DNA of 63,049 bases, counting the filler. It is 8 parts of 8 records of this genome, joined end to end, with 100 filler letters (N's around TTAATTAATTAA, not from the genome) between each part and the next. Parts side by side here need not be neighbours in the genome. Positions count along the whole stretch, not along the records: positions 18,398 to 39,687 come from SRR31147125_14973; 7 more parts are not named here. One strand, written 5' to 3'. Of the stretch, positions 20,537-29,475 are shown in pieces (position 1 is the first letter of the stretch; every line of letters starts with the position of its first letter). Both the position numbers and the translations under genes were made by a program. The notes under the pieces were generated by a model that worked only from the letters and a program-made list of their open reading frames with translations, ran no database searches and had not been told where the DNA came from.

Positions 20537-20563
20537 AAAGAAGCCTCATAATGAGGCTTCTTT
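20537..20563 (+). terminator. Terminator after tex
   Basis: aaagaagcctcat-a-atgaggcttcttt. Confidence 0.7.
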
Positions 20564-20657
20564 CATATATGTTACGGGTTTCCTTTTCTGTTTTTCAGGT
20601 ATATATTTCTCAGCTTCATTAATCGTACACTTTTATTAACCAAAAAGCAATCGTATC

Positions 20658-21809
20658 GTGCCAACTCTTTTAAAAATTTGTATTTTCACAACAGTTCATC
20701 GTCCCCATGATGTCCGGGTTTTTCACAGACAAGCCAGATCACTGGCAGAGGCCGGTTACCAGGTTACCTTGTTAGCACACGCGGATTTCACAGAACAAAA
20801 ACGTTTTGGCGTAACCATTAAAGGGGTATCCAGACCTGCAAATCGTTTTTTTCGTCTCCTGAGTGCGTTTAAATTCACCTGGCTATGCCTGAAAGAAAAA
20901 GCAGACATTTACCATTTCCATGATTTCGAACTCCTTTTTGCCGGTTTTCTTTTAAAATTACTCACCGGAAAGCGGGTTATTTACGATTGTCATGAAAATT
21001 ATCCGGAAGCGGCCTATGAAAGGGCCTGGTATCCTGATTGGTTTAAACCATGGTTATCAAAATCAATTGCATTCATAGAGCCTCTTTTGGCCCGACAACT
21101 GGACAGGGTCGTTTGTGTCGTACCAGATCAGCAGGAACGTTTTGAACAAAAAAAGTGCGAAACAGTATTAATCAGGAATCTACCACGAACAGACATTTTT
21201 GATAATGCTTACACAACTCAGCATGAAAAACTGGATCAATTGATATACGTTGGCGGCTTGACAATGGTTCGTGGAGCAAAAGTGATGGTGGATATCATGG
21301 TCGAACTCAGAAAGACTCATCCCCACATAAAGTTGCTTCTTCTCGGACCTTTTAATGAACCTTACGTCGAAGAAAAAATAATGAATTATGTACATGAAAA
21401 AAATATTCAGGATGTCGTTGAACATATTTCTTTTGTACCACACGAAAAGGTGCCTGAATATATTGTACAGTCAAAAGTGGGGCTGATACCATGGCAACCG
21501 AACCAGCAGATGCTTCGCATGGTTTTTCCAAATAAAGTTTTTGAATATATGGCCTGCGGAGTACCGGTTGTCGCCAGCGATTTACCAAGCATGAAATACA
21601 TTTTCAATCAATCAAAAAGTGGTATTATCGTAAAAGCCGATGATCCCGTGGAGCATGCAACAGCCATCAGGATGCTGCTTAACGACACGGATAAACGGAA
21701 CACCCTGGGCAAGAATGGTCGAAAATTTGTTTCAGAAAAATACAACTGGAATTTAGAAGCGACCAAACTACTCAAATTATATCAAGAGTTAACTTTGGAG
21801 AACGCGTGA
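20658..21809 (+). CDS. Glycosyltransferase family 4
   Basis: H...D.RVF, YHFHD.EL, YDCHE, PNKVFEYMACGVPVVASD. Confidence 0.92.
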   Translation: MPTLLKICIFTTVHRPHDVRVFHRQARSLAEAGYQVTLLAHADFTEQKRFGVTIKGVSRPANRFFRLLSAFKFTWLCLKEKADIYHFHDFELLFAGFLLKLLTGKRVIYDCHENYPEAAYERAWYPDWFKPWLSKSIAFIEPLLARQLDRVVCVVPDQQERFEQKKCETVLIRNLPRTDIFDNAYTTQHEKLDQLIYVGGLTMVRGAKVMVDIMVELRKTHPHIKLLLLGPFNEPYVEEKIMNYVHEKNIQDVVEHISFVPHEKVPEYIVQSKVGLIPWQPNQQMLRMVFPNKVFEYMACGVPVVASDLPSMKYIFNQSKSGIIVKADDPVEHATAIRMLLNDTDKRNTLGKNGRKFVSEKYNWNLEATKLLKLYQELTLENA

Positions 21810-22513
21810 TTCTTTCAGTCATTGAACCGGCTTATTTCCCTCCTTTGTCCTATTTTGCCAAGGTAATTGCCTCGGATGTTATTATATGGGCAGATACTTT
21901 TCAGTTCAAAAAACATAGTATTATAAACAGGACATCCATTAAAACAGTAAGCGGGCCGCGTTGGTTGACGATACCCGTGTTAAGCAAAAGACGTGGACAA
22001 CAAATCATAAAAGACGTTCAAATCGATAAATTGCAAAACTGGCAACAAAACCATTTAAAGACATGCGCACATAATTACCAGAACGCGCCCTATTATTACT
22101 TTTTTAGCGATGAGCTTGAACATATTCTGAACACGGATCACCAGATACTTTCCTCTTTATTATATGAATGTCAATCCTTCATTTTTTCCCGGTTGGGTAT
22201 TCAAAAGCCTGTTTACAAAAGCAGTACTCTTCCACAGATTCAAAATCGAACGGAAAGAATCATGGAATGGCTTAAATTCTGTGACTGTGACACCTATTTA
22301 CTCTCTGCTTCTGAACAAAACCTGGTTGACATGGATCAGATATCGGATTGCGGAAAACACATTTTTATCCCGGATTATCATCCGACGCCATATCATCAAC
22401 AATTTGATGGGTTTTTAGACTCACTTTCAATCCTGGATCTTCTTTTTAATGAAGGAGAACAAAGTTACTCAATCCTGAAAAATGGTACAAACCAGACAAA
22501 CCCTAAAGCATAA
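21806..22513 (+). CDS. wbqC: WbqC-family protein
   Basis: P.YFP...YF.K, NRT.I, WLTIPV, Y.NAPY, Y.Q.F.GF...LSILDLLFNEG. Confidence 0.9.
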   Translation: MILSVIEPAYFPPLSYFAKVIASDVIIWADTFQFKKHSIINRTSIKTVSGPRWLTIPVLSKRRGQQIIKDVQIDKLQNWQQNHLKTCAHNYQNAPYYYFFSDELEHILNTDHQILSSLLYECQSFIFSRLGIQKPVYKSSTLPQIQNRTERIMEWLKFCDCDTYLLSASEQNLVDMDQISDCGKHIFIPDYHPTPYHQQFDGFLDSLSILDLLFNEGEQSYSILKNGTNQTNPKA

Positions 22514-22514
22514 C

Positions 22515-23765
22515 ATGGGATCATATCATGAAAAGCCAAAAGATTTTAATATCCTCGCCAATCTTGTCAACACCTATGAAAAAGATATTAAAGATATTCA
22601 ACAAAAACTTGTTTCTTTTGCGCCTTTAGGGCCTGACAATGAAGGTGATGGGGAAAAAGAAAAAGCTGATTTTGTCAAATCACTCCTTGAGAAATTAGGA
22701 GCTGATAAAATCAAGGAACTCAACGCTCCGGATAAGCGTGTTTCCTGTTCCTACAGACCAAATTTGTTAGCTTTATTTTATGGCGACAATCGCGATAAAA
22801 CAACGTGGATAATGGTTCACACGGATGTGGTTCCATCCGGAAACCTGAATAACTGGAACAGCGATCCTTTTAAAGTACACGTGGATGGCGACAAACTGAT
22901 TGGACGTGGTGTTGAAGATAATAACCAGGGGCTTGTTTCCGCTTTGCTGGCTATCAAAGCTTTAAAAGAGAGCAACATGAAACCCGCAACAAACATAGGA
23001 TTGGCAATTGTTGCGGATGAAGAAACAGGCAGCCAATATGGATTACACTATTTATTAAAGAATTTCAAAGATGAATTCAAACAGGATGACCTGATCATTG
23101 TGCCGGATGCCGGCGACCCTGAAGGAAAAACCATTGAAGTGGCGGAAAAAAGCATTTTATGGGTTAAATTTCAAACCATGGGAAAACAATGTCATGCCTC
23201 CACGCCAGAGCAAGGGATTAATGCGTTTCGCGCTGCTTCCCACCTTATTGTTAAACTGGATACCCTGCACAAAGAATTTTCACACAAAGATCCTGTATTC
23301 GATCCACCAATAAGTACATTTGAACCAACAAAAAAAGAAGCAAATGTTCCAAATGTCAATACGATACCAGGTGAGGATGTCTTTTATCTTGACTGCAGAA
23401 TATTACCCGATTATACGATTGCTGAAGTAGAAGATAAAATAGGAAAACTTGTACGGGAAATTGAACAAGAATTTAATGTAACGATTGAGACAAGTTATGC
23501 TCAAAAAGAAGAGGCAGCTCCACCAACTCCGGTCAACGCACCTGTTGTGATAGCCCTTCAAAAGGCAATCAAGGACGTTAAAAATATCGATGCCAAAACA
23601 ATTGGAATTGGTGGCGGTACAGTTGCCGCGTTATTCAGGAGGGAAGGTTATAATGCAGCCGTTTGGTCTACGATTGAAGATACAGCACATCAGCCAAACG
23701 AATACTCGCTTATTTCCAGTACAATTTCTGATGCTAAAGTCTTTTTGCATGTTTTTATGCAGTAG
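22515..23765 (+). CDS. M20 family metallohydrolase (DapE/ArgE-like)
   Basis: HTDVVP, GRGVEDN, ADEETG, HASTP, AHQPNE. Confidence 0.9.
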   Translation: MGSYHEKPKDFNILANLVNTYEKDIKDIQQKLVSFAPLGPDNEGDGEKEKADFVKSLLEKLGADKIKELNAPDKRVSCSYRPNLLALFYGDNRDKTTWIMVHTDVVPSGNLNNWNSDPFKVHVDGDKLIGRGVEDNNQGLVSALLAIKALKESNMKPATNIGLAIVADEETGSQYGLHYLLKNFKDEFKQDDLIIVPDAGDPEGKTIEVAEKSILWVKFQTMGKQCHASTPEQGINAFRAASHLIVKLDTLHKEFSHKDPVFDPPISTFEPTKKEANVPNVNTIPGEDVFYLDCRILPDYTIAEVEDKIGKLVREIEQEFNVTIETSYAQKEEAAPPTPVNAPVVIALQKAIKDVKNIDAKTIGIGGGTVAALFRREGYNAAVWSTIEDTAHQPNEYSLISSTISDAKVFLHVFMQ

Positions 23766-23900
23766 ATTATTTATCCCAAATTAATACCGACTCTTTCAGT
23801 ATTAACCGGATCCATACCAGGGGCAGTCCCTGACTGCCCATCCCGCTTTTATACCTGAATCCACTTGAAGAATTTGTCAATCATCAAAGAGGCTGTTCTT

Positions 23901-25109
23901 TTACTTTATATCATTTACTAACCAGTCAAAAGAAAATCGAGTAAATTTTATATTTTTATAACCATTGGCTTCAAACAACAATCCGATTGAGCCATCCTTC
24001 GTTTTTGTTAAACAAGAGTAGGCAAAATCCTTTGGAACAATGGTTTTCAACCTTTGCCAGGTTTTGCCTTCATCCCGGCTCATAAAAATTGTACCCTGAC
24101 GACGTTTATCCTGTACACCGGGACCGGCATACAAAATAACACTTTTTCCATTTTCAGGCCATTCATAACGCAGTGTTGATGCCATACACTGAGGTTCCGG
24201 GAGCTGTGTATGATCCTTCAATGGTGACCAGGTTTGACCACCATCATTGCTAACTGCCAGTTTGCGAACCTTTTTGCCTTCGAAACTACGTGAATTGACC
24301 AGGATTGAACCGTCCGCGCGTTCAACCATCTGTGCTTCATTTCCATTTCCTTTATCTCTATCTGGAGCGGGTTCCCCATAACTCCAGGTATCTCCGTTAT
24401 CATCACTATAACAGGCATATACATTAAAATGTCGTTTGTCGTTTTCCAACCAACCTTCATTGGTGGGCATAATAATTCGCCCTTTGTACTTACCATGGGT
24501 TAATACGATACCGACACCAGGCCCTGTTGCTGTGGAGATGATTTTTTCCGGTCGTTTTGTAGACGCTGTCACATCCTTTGGCTGTGACCAGGTGAGACCG
24601 TCATCGTCGCTAAAACAGAGTAATGTTTTGCTGATGAGCTTGCCTGTGATACCTGCTTGTAAAAGCTTGACATTTTGACTTGGAATAGCACGAGCATGGT
24701 ATCCGGCGGGAAAATGCTGAAACATCAACAGAATACGTCCAGATGGCAACACAACAGCTGTTGGATTGACCAGTACATTCGGACCATCAGAGAAGACCTC
24801 AATCAGTGAGCCCCATGAACGTCCTCCATCTGTACTCCTTTTGAGAACAATATCATTCTGTGCATGATCACTCAATGTCTGTCGCCCTTCGGCAAAGGCT
24901 AACAAGGTTCCTTTACCGGTCGTAACAAGTGCCGGGATGCGGTACTCGGGATAAAAACCATCATGACTGACAAAAACATCTACCATTGAGGTCAATTCAG
25001 AGTTCTCTGGTGATTCAGTTCCAAAACCGACTTTTATAAAAATGACTAACGAGAAAAAACAGATTAAACGTATTGCAAAATCGAGAATTTTATTATTCAT
25101 CTTTTTCAT
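23901..25109 (-). CDS. Exo-alpha-sialidase (GH33)
   Basis: YRIP motif, several Asp-boxes (STDGGRSW, SDDDGLTW, SDDNGDTW, SNDGGQTW), AYS near the C-terminus, signal peptide. Confidence 0.92.
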   Translation of the reverse strand: MKKMNNKILDFAIRLICFFSLVIFIKVGFGTESPENSELTSMVDVFVSHDGFYPEYRIPALVTTGKGTLLAFAEGRQTLSDHAQNDIVLKRSTDGGRSWGSLIEVFSDGPNVLVNPTAVVLPSGRILLMFQHFPAGYHARAIPSQNVKLLQAGITGKLISKTLLCFSDDDGLTWSQPKDVTASTKRPEKIISTATGPGVGIVLTHGKYKGRIIMPTNEGWLENDKRHFNVYACYSDDNGDTWSYGEPAPDRDKGNGNEAQMVERADGSILVNSRSFEGKKVRKLAVSNDGGQTWSPLKDHTQLPEPQCMASTLRYEWPENGKSVILYAGPGVQDKRRQGTIFMSRDEGKTWQRLKTIVPKDFAYSCLTKTKDGSIGLLFEANGYKNIKFTRFSFDWLVNDIK

Positions 25110-25147
25110 TTGGAAAGATCCGGTTTTAAATTAACTCGCCAGGTTCA

Positions 25148-26890
25148 TTAATTTGTATACAAATAACGTTTTATCTTTTGCGTCGGCGTTTTTTCAAATG
25201 GTTCAGTCTGCTCAATCACTTTTTGTAATCTGGAAAATGACGAAACACGCACATTTACATTATCGCGCAACGTATGCAATAACTCTAAAACACTCTGCTG
25301 AATTTTTGCCTCACTTAACTTTTTTTGACTAAACCGTTTGTCCAGTTCTTCATAATTTAAATGAACGCGCGCCACCAGCTTTTTATCCTGCTGATAAACA
25401 ACAGATTCCAGCACAAAGTCAAATTCATTAATAATGGATTCAATTTCTTCAGGATAAATATTTTCCCCACTGGGACCTACAATCAGATTTTTCAGACGAC
25501 CTTTTATAAACAGATAATTCTCTTTATCGATCTTTCCTAAATCACCGGTTCGAAACCAGCCATCTTTGGTAATAACCTGTGCCGTGCGCTCAGGATCTTT
25601 ATAATAACCTTTCATAACATTATCACCCTGCACAAGAATCTCCCCTTCACCTGTGATTGGATCCGGTTTATCAATCTTTACCCGCAGATCGGGTAAACCG
25701 GGTCCGGTTGATTGAAATTTCGTCAATGCCGGCCCTGTACCTGCTATCAATGGAGCAGTTTCGGTCAGTCCGTAACCGATCGCATATGGAAAATGTGCCT
25801 CTCTCAAGAATTTCTCAACATCCGGAGCAAGTGAAGCACCGCCAATTCCGAAAAAATGCACTTCTCCACCAAAGGTAGTCATAAGTTTTTTTCCAGCCAC
25901 CTGGTTTAATTTTTTCCTGAAAAATGGTATCTTGTAGAGTTTTTTAATCATGGGACTACGAGAGAATTGTGGTAAAATACGTGTTTTATAAATTTTTTCA
26001 ATAATCAAAGGGACTGTCAAGATCATGGTTGGTCTTATTTTCTTCATCGCCGGCAACAGTACCCTGGCAGTGGGTGGTTTATTTATATAATAAATGCTTG
26101 CACCATTCATTATTGGTATGATAAATCCAATAGTGTTTTCATAAGTATGAGATAGGGGCAATATGGAAAGAAACCGATCGTTTTCATTGACATCCTGAAT
26201 CTTCATGGTTGCAAGTGCGTCAAAAACAATATTTTTATGTGTCAGCATGACCCCTTTGGAATGTCCGGTGGTTCCGGACGTGTAAATAATGGAAGCAAGA
26301 TCCTCCTCCTGAATGTCCAGGGATCGCTTCCCGGCTAGCTTTAACGCGGCATCCTTCAATTTTGTAAATTCTTTGCTACCATCACTCAGGGCTTTTTTAA
26401 GTTTATCAATTTTGTTTTCAGCTGGAATATGCTGAAAATCTTCAATCAAAATAATGGTATCAAGTGACTCGAATTCCCCGCCTTCCAATTTTTCATACAA
26501 CCGCTCTGAAACGAATACAGCTTTACAGCTTGCATGACGCAAAATATGCTGAACCTCATTTGTATGAAAATCGGGTAAAATGGGCACAACAACAGCCCCC
26601 ATCGTGGTGATAGCAAAATATGCCACACCCCAGTTTGGCTTGTTCTCGCTAAGAATAGCCACACGATCCCCGGGGACGATGCCCCGGTTATGAAGAATAG
26701 TGGATACGTCATTGACCTTGCCGGCCATCTCTGAATAGGTTATTGGTTTTCCGGCTATATCAGAAAGGGCAGGCCGGTTTGCAAATTGCTCAACACTTCT
26801 TTGGAACAGACTCTTTAAGGTTCGTTTTTTTAAAGGCTGCACAGTTGATCCTTGTTTATTAATTGTTAGCGGTACAAAAAGGCGGGTCAT
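25148..26890 (-). CDS. Long-chain fatty acid-CoA ligase
   Basis: YTSGTTGHSKG, GYGLTE, GWFRTGDLG, GENIYPEE. Confidence 0.93.
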   Translation of the reverse strand: MTRLFVPLTINKQGSTVQPLKKRTLKSLFQRSVEQFANRPALSDIAGKPITYSEMAGKVNDVSTILHNRGIVPGDRVAILSENKPNWGVAYFAITTMGAVVVPILPDFHTNEVQHILRHASCKAVFVSERLYEKLEGGEFESLDTIILIEDFQHIPAENKIDKLKKALSDGSKEFTKLKDAALKLAGKRSLDIQEEDLASIIYTSGTTGHSKGVMLTHKNIVFDALATMKIQDVNENDRFLSILPLSHTYENTIGFIIPIMNGASIYYINKPPTARVLLPAMKKIRPTMILTVPLIIEKIYKTRILPQFSRSPMIKKLYKIPFFRKKLNQVAGKKLMTTFGGEVHFFGIGGASLAPDVEKFLREAHFPYAIGYGLTETAPLIAGTGPALTKFQSTGPGLPDLRVKIDKPDPITGEGEILVQGDNVMKGYYKDPERTAQVITKDGWFRTGDLGKIDKENYLFIKGRLKNLIVGPSGENIYPEEIESIINEFDFVLESVVYQQDKKLVARVHLNYEELDKRFSQKKLSEAKIQQSVLELLHTLRDNVNVRVSSFSRLQKVIEQTEPFEKTPTQKIKRYLYTN

Positions 26891-27179
26891 GATTTAAAAA
26901 AGTAAAACATCTTTAGGGATATCGGTATTCAAACAATATTATATTGGGCTACAAAGGGAAAAACGATATTGTCGAATCGAAAACGGGGCCACTATTATGT
27001 ACAAACATTAAACACAGTAAATAGTGTTATTCAGAGATAAGGCATTGGAAGATAAAAGGAGAGAAACAAAAACAACTCAAACAGTATCTATTTGATAAAA
27101 ACAATTATTTGTTTTTAAAAGAGATTGATTAAATAAATGCCTTATCCTTAATACAGGTATAACACCATATTTAATAAAC

Positions 27180-28427
27180 TTATGGTTTTTTGTCATCATC
27201 GGGCAAATCAGAATCAGACACGGAATATTGAAACCGGCGAATCTGATTCAAGCCACTCTCTACAACATAGACAATATTGTCATGCACCATAATCCCCCTG
27301 GCCTGATTAAATTCAGTGGTACCAAGTCCTTTCACACCTAAATTTAATTCCTGTCCGGCTCCGGTACCATTGTTATCAAATTTATACACTTTGGACGCGT
27401 CTGTATCTAAAACAAATATATCATTGACATCATCAAGAGCGACATCGTATGGGGAAATGAATCGATTGAGATCCATAATTTCATGCTGATAGAGCACATA
27501 TTGCGGAGAAAAATTATTAGCCTCTAATTTCTGAACTTTAAAATTGCCACCGAACTGAGTAAAGTACACATTTCCATCCTCATCTGCAGAAATGCCATAT
27601 GGATCATCCACCGTACCCGCACCGGATCCAAAAGTAGCAATGTTTCCTGCTGAAATTCCACTGTAACGAATTAATATTTGTCCAGCAGACGATTTTAGAA
27701 TCAGTGAAGGTAACAGAATAACCTGGACAATTTTATCATAGTTGGATTCAGTTAAATATACAAGTTCGGATCCAAAAGGACCTGCTGCGACACCGTTATA
27801 TTGTGCTCCATTTTCTAAATCAGTATATATGGGATAAATGTCACGGGCTGACTGGATAAGGGCATCATCTTTTTCAAAAATAAAATAACGGAATTCCGGC
27901 ACCGGTTTACCAGACAACACATAATCCGCTAAATCTTCAAATCGAATTAAAACAGTATCATTCTCGGCAGAATCGTAAAACACAGCCGACTCTGCAACCG
28001 AATCGATCTCCGATAGATTTAGATATTGATTCCAGCAATACAGGGTGTCGCTGCCATTTACCATAAGCAAATTCAACTTGCTGTCGATATCGACGCCCCT
28101 GGGATGAGCGATACCTGTCAATGAACCAAGACCATTTGCTGTTAAAATCTGGCCGGCCCGGGATAAAGCAACGACACGATCATTTCCCTCGTCTGTTACA
28201 AAAATAATTCCATCTGGTCCCATTGTGATATCAGATGGATTAGAAAACTGGTAACCAAGATTTTGAGCATTCCAGATGGGATTGAGCTCAATATAACTTG
28301 TATCGTTTGCTCCAAATGAGTTACTTTTCACTGCGGCAGTAGGTAATGGCAGTTTATCCTGTTCACACCCAACGAGACTCCATAGGCTCGCTATTACAAG
28401 AATTTTGACAGATAATTTCTTAATCAT
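27180..28427 (-). CDS. NHL-repeat/beta-propeller lipoprotein
   Basis: Lipobox LVGC; NHL-like repeats (FSNPSDITMGPDGIIFVTD, PYGISAD, PYDVALD, RGIMV..VYVVE). Confidence 0.75.
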   Translation of the reverse strand: MIKKLSVKILVIASLWSLVGCEQDKLPLPTAAVKSNSFGANDTSYIELNPIWNAQNLGYQFSNPSDITMGPDGIIFVTDEGNDRVVALSRAGQILTANGLGSLTGIAHPRGVDIDSKLNLLMVNGSDTLYCWNQYLNLSEIDSVAESAVFYDSAENDTVLIRFEDLADYVLSGKPVPEFRYFIFEKDDALIQSARDIYPIYTDLENGAQYNGVAAGPFGSELVYLTESNYDKIVQVILLPSLILKSSAGQILIRYSGISAGNIATFGSGAGTVDDPYGISADEDGNVYFTQFGGNFKVQKLEANNFSPQYVLYQHEIMDLNRFISPYDVALDDVNDIFVLDTDASKVYKFDNNGTGAGQELNLGVKGLGTTEFNQARGIMVHDNIVYVVESGLNQIRRFQYSVSDSDLPDDDKKP

Positions 28428-28430
28428 AAA

Positions 28431-29426
28431 CTAAAATTCAAATCCAAACGTTATTTGTTGAGTCAAAGATAAATTATTATAATCAGCGTACGAATAATCT
28501 AATTTAAGTATTTTTCCATATAAGGATAATTTTGTTCCGGCACCAAAAGACCATTTGTTTTCTTCCATATTCGCATGGTAGCCCATTCTGAGAAAAAACA
28601 TACGGCGATACTTATATTCCCCACCAAGAACAAAATCTTCCTGATCATCCATAGGATGGTTCATTTGCAAGGCAGATGTAAGAATGTGTTGCCCGATTTG
28701 ATATACATCCATAGCTGCTCCCAAAGTAAACACCGTGGGAGGAGAAAAAGACTGGTAATCTGTTTCCGTAAAACCAGAGGCTTCCCGACGCATATAAGAA
28801 CCGCCTGGCTGCAAATCTGTACCGAAATTACGCATAGATGCAGCAATTCTCAGTGATTTATAACCAGTCCAGTAATAGGTACCCAAATCCAACATCAAAC
28901 CATCCATGGCCAACTCGGCAATATCTTCACGTATATACTTTACGGTCACACCAAAAGAAAAACGATCGGTCATCTTGATCGAAGCGGTCAATCCTGTTAC
29001 CAGATCGCTATAACTAAAATATTCTCCGTTTCCATACGGATGATATTCGGTTGTAACTTCCATATCCGCCAAATGCAGGTAACCAATAAAAGCACCCAGG
29101 GCAATATTACTACTTAGTTGATGCACATAACCCATATACTCGTAATCCACATCAACGAGCCAGTCAAGATGCGACAATACAAGTTCATTTTTACCGACCT
29201 GCACCAGGCCAGCGGGATTCCAATATAAAGCAGATGCATCATTAGCCAGCGCCACATAAGCACCTCCCATGGAAACAGCCCTGGCGCCCACACCGATCTT
29301 TAAAAAAGTCACAGCTGCGGTTCCGGCACGCTGCTCTCCTAATTTAGGCAAAAGACTTTGTGCAGGCAAGCGACTGGCGATAAAGAGTAAAAAGATGCAA
29401 AATATGTATACTAATTTTTTCAACAT
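28431..29426 (-). CDS. PorV/PorQ-family (FadL-like) outer-membrane beta-barrel
   Basis: FLKIGVGARAVSMGGAYVALANDASALYWNPAGL signature; C-terminal Phe. Confidence 0.88.
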   Translation of the reverse strand: MLKKLVYIFCIFLLFIASRLPAQSLLPKLGEQRAGTAAVTFLKIGVGARAVSMGGAYVALANDASALYWNPAGLVQVGKNELVLSHLDWLVDVDYEYMGYVHQLSSNIALGAFIGYLHLADMEVTTEYHPYGNGEYFSYSDLVTGLTASIKMTDRFSFGVTVKYIREDIAELAMDGLMLDLGTYYWTGYKSLRIAASMRNFGTDLQPGGSYMRREASGFTETDYQSFSPPTVFTLGAAMDVYQIGQHILTSALQMNHPMDDQEDFVLGGEYKYRRMFFLRMGYHANMEENKWSFGAGTKLSLYGKILKLDYSYADYNNLSLTQQITFGFEF

Positions 29427-29475
29427 GAATTATCCGGCAATATTTATTTCTATTATATTAACAACATCTTTTGTT

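Noticed and set aside
27036-27146. 11-bp terminal inverted repeat (gataaggcatt / aatgccttatc) as a MITE
   Set aside because: Single copy, no target-site duplication, and AT-rich context.
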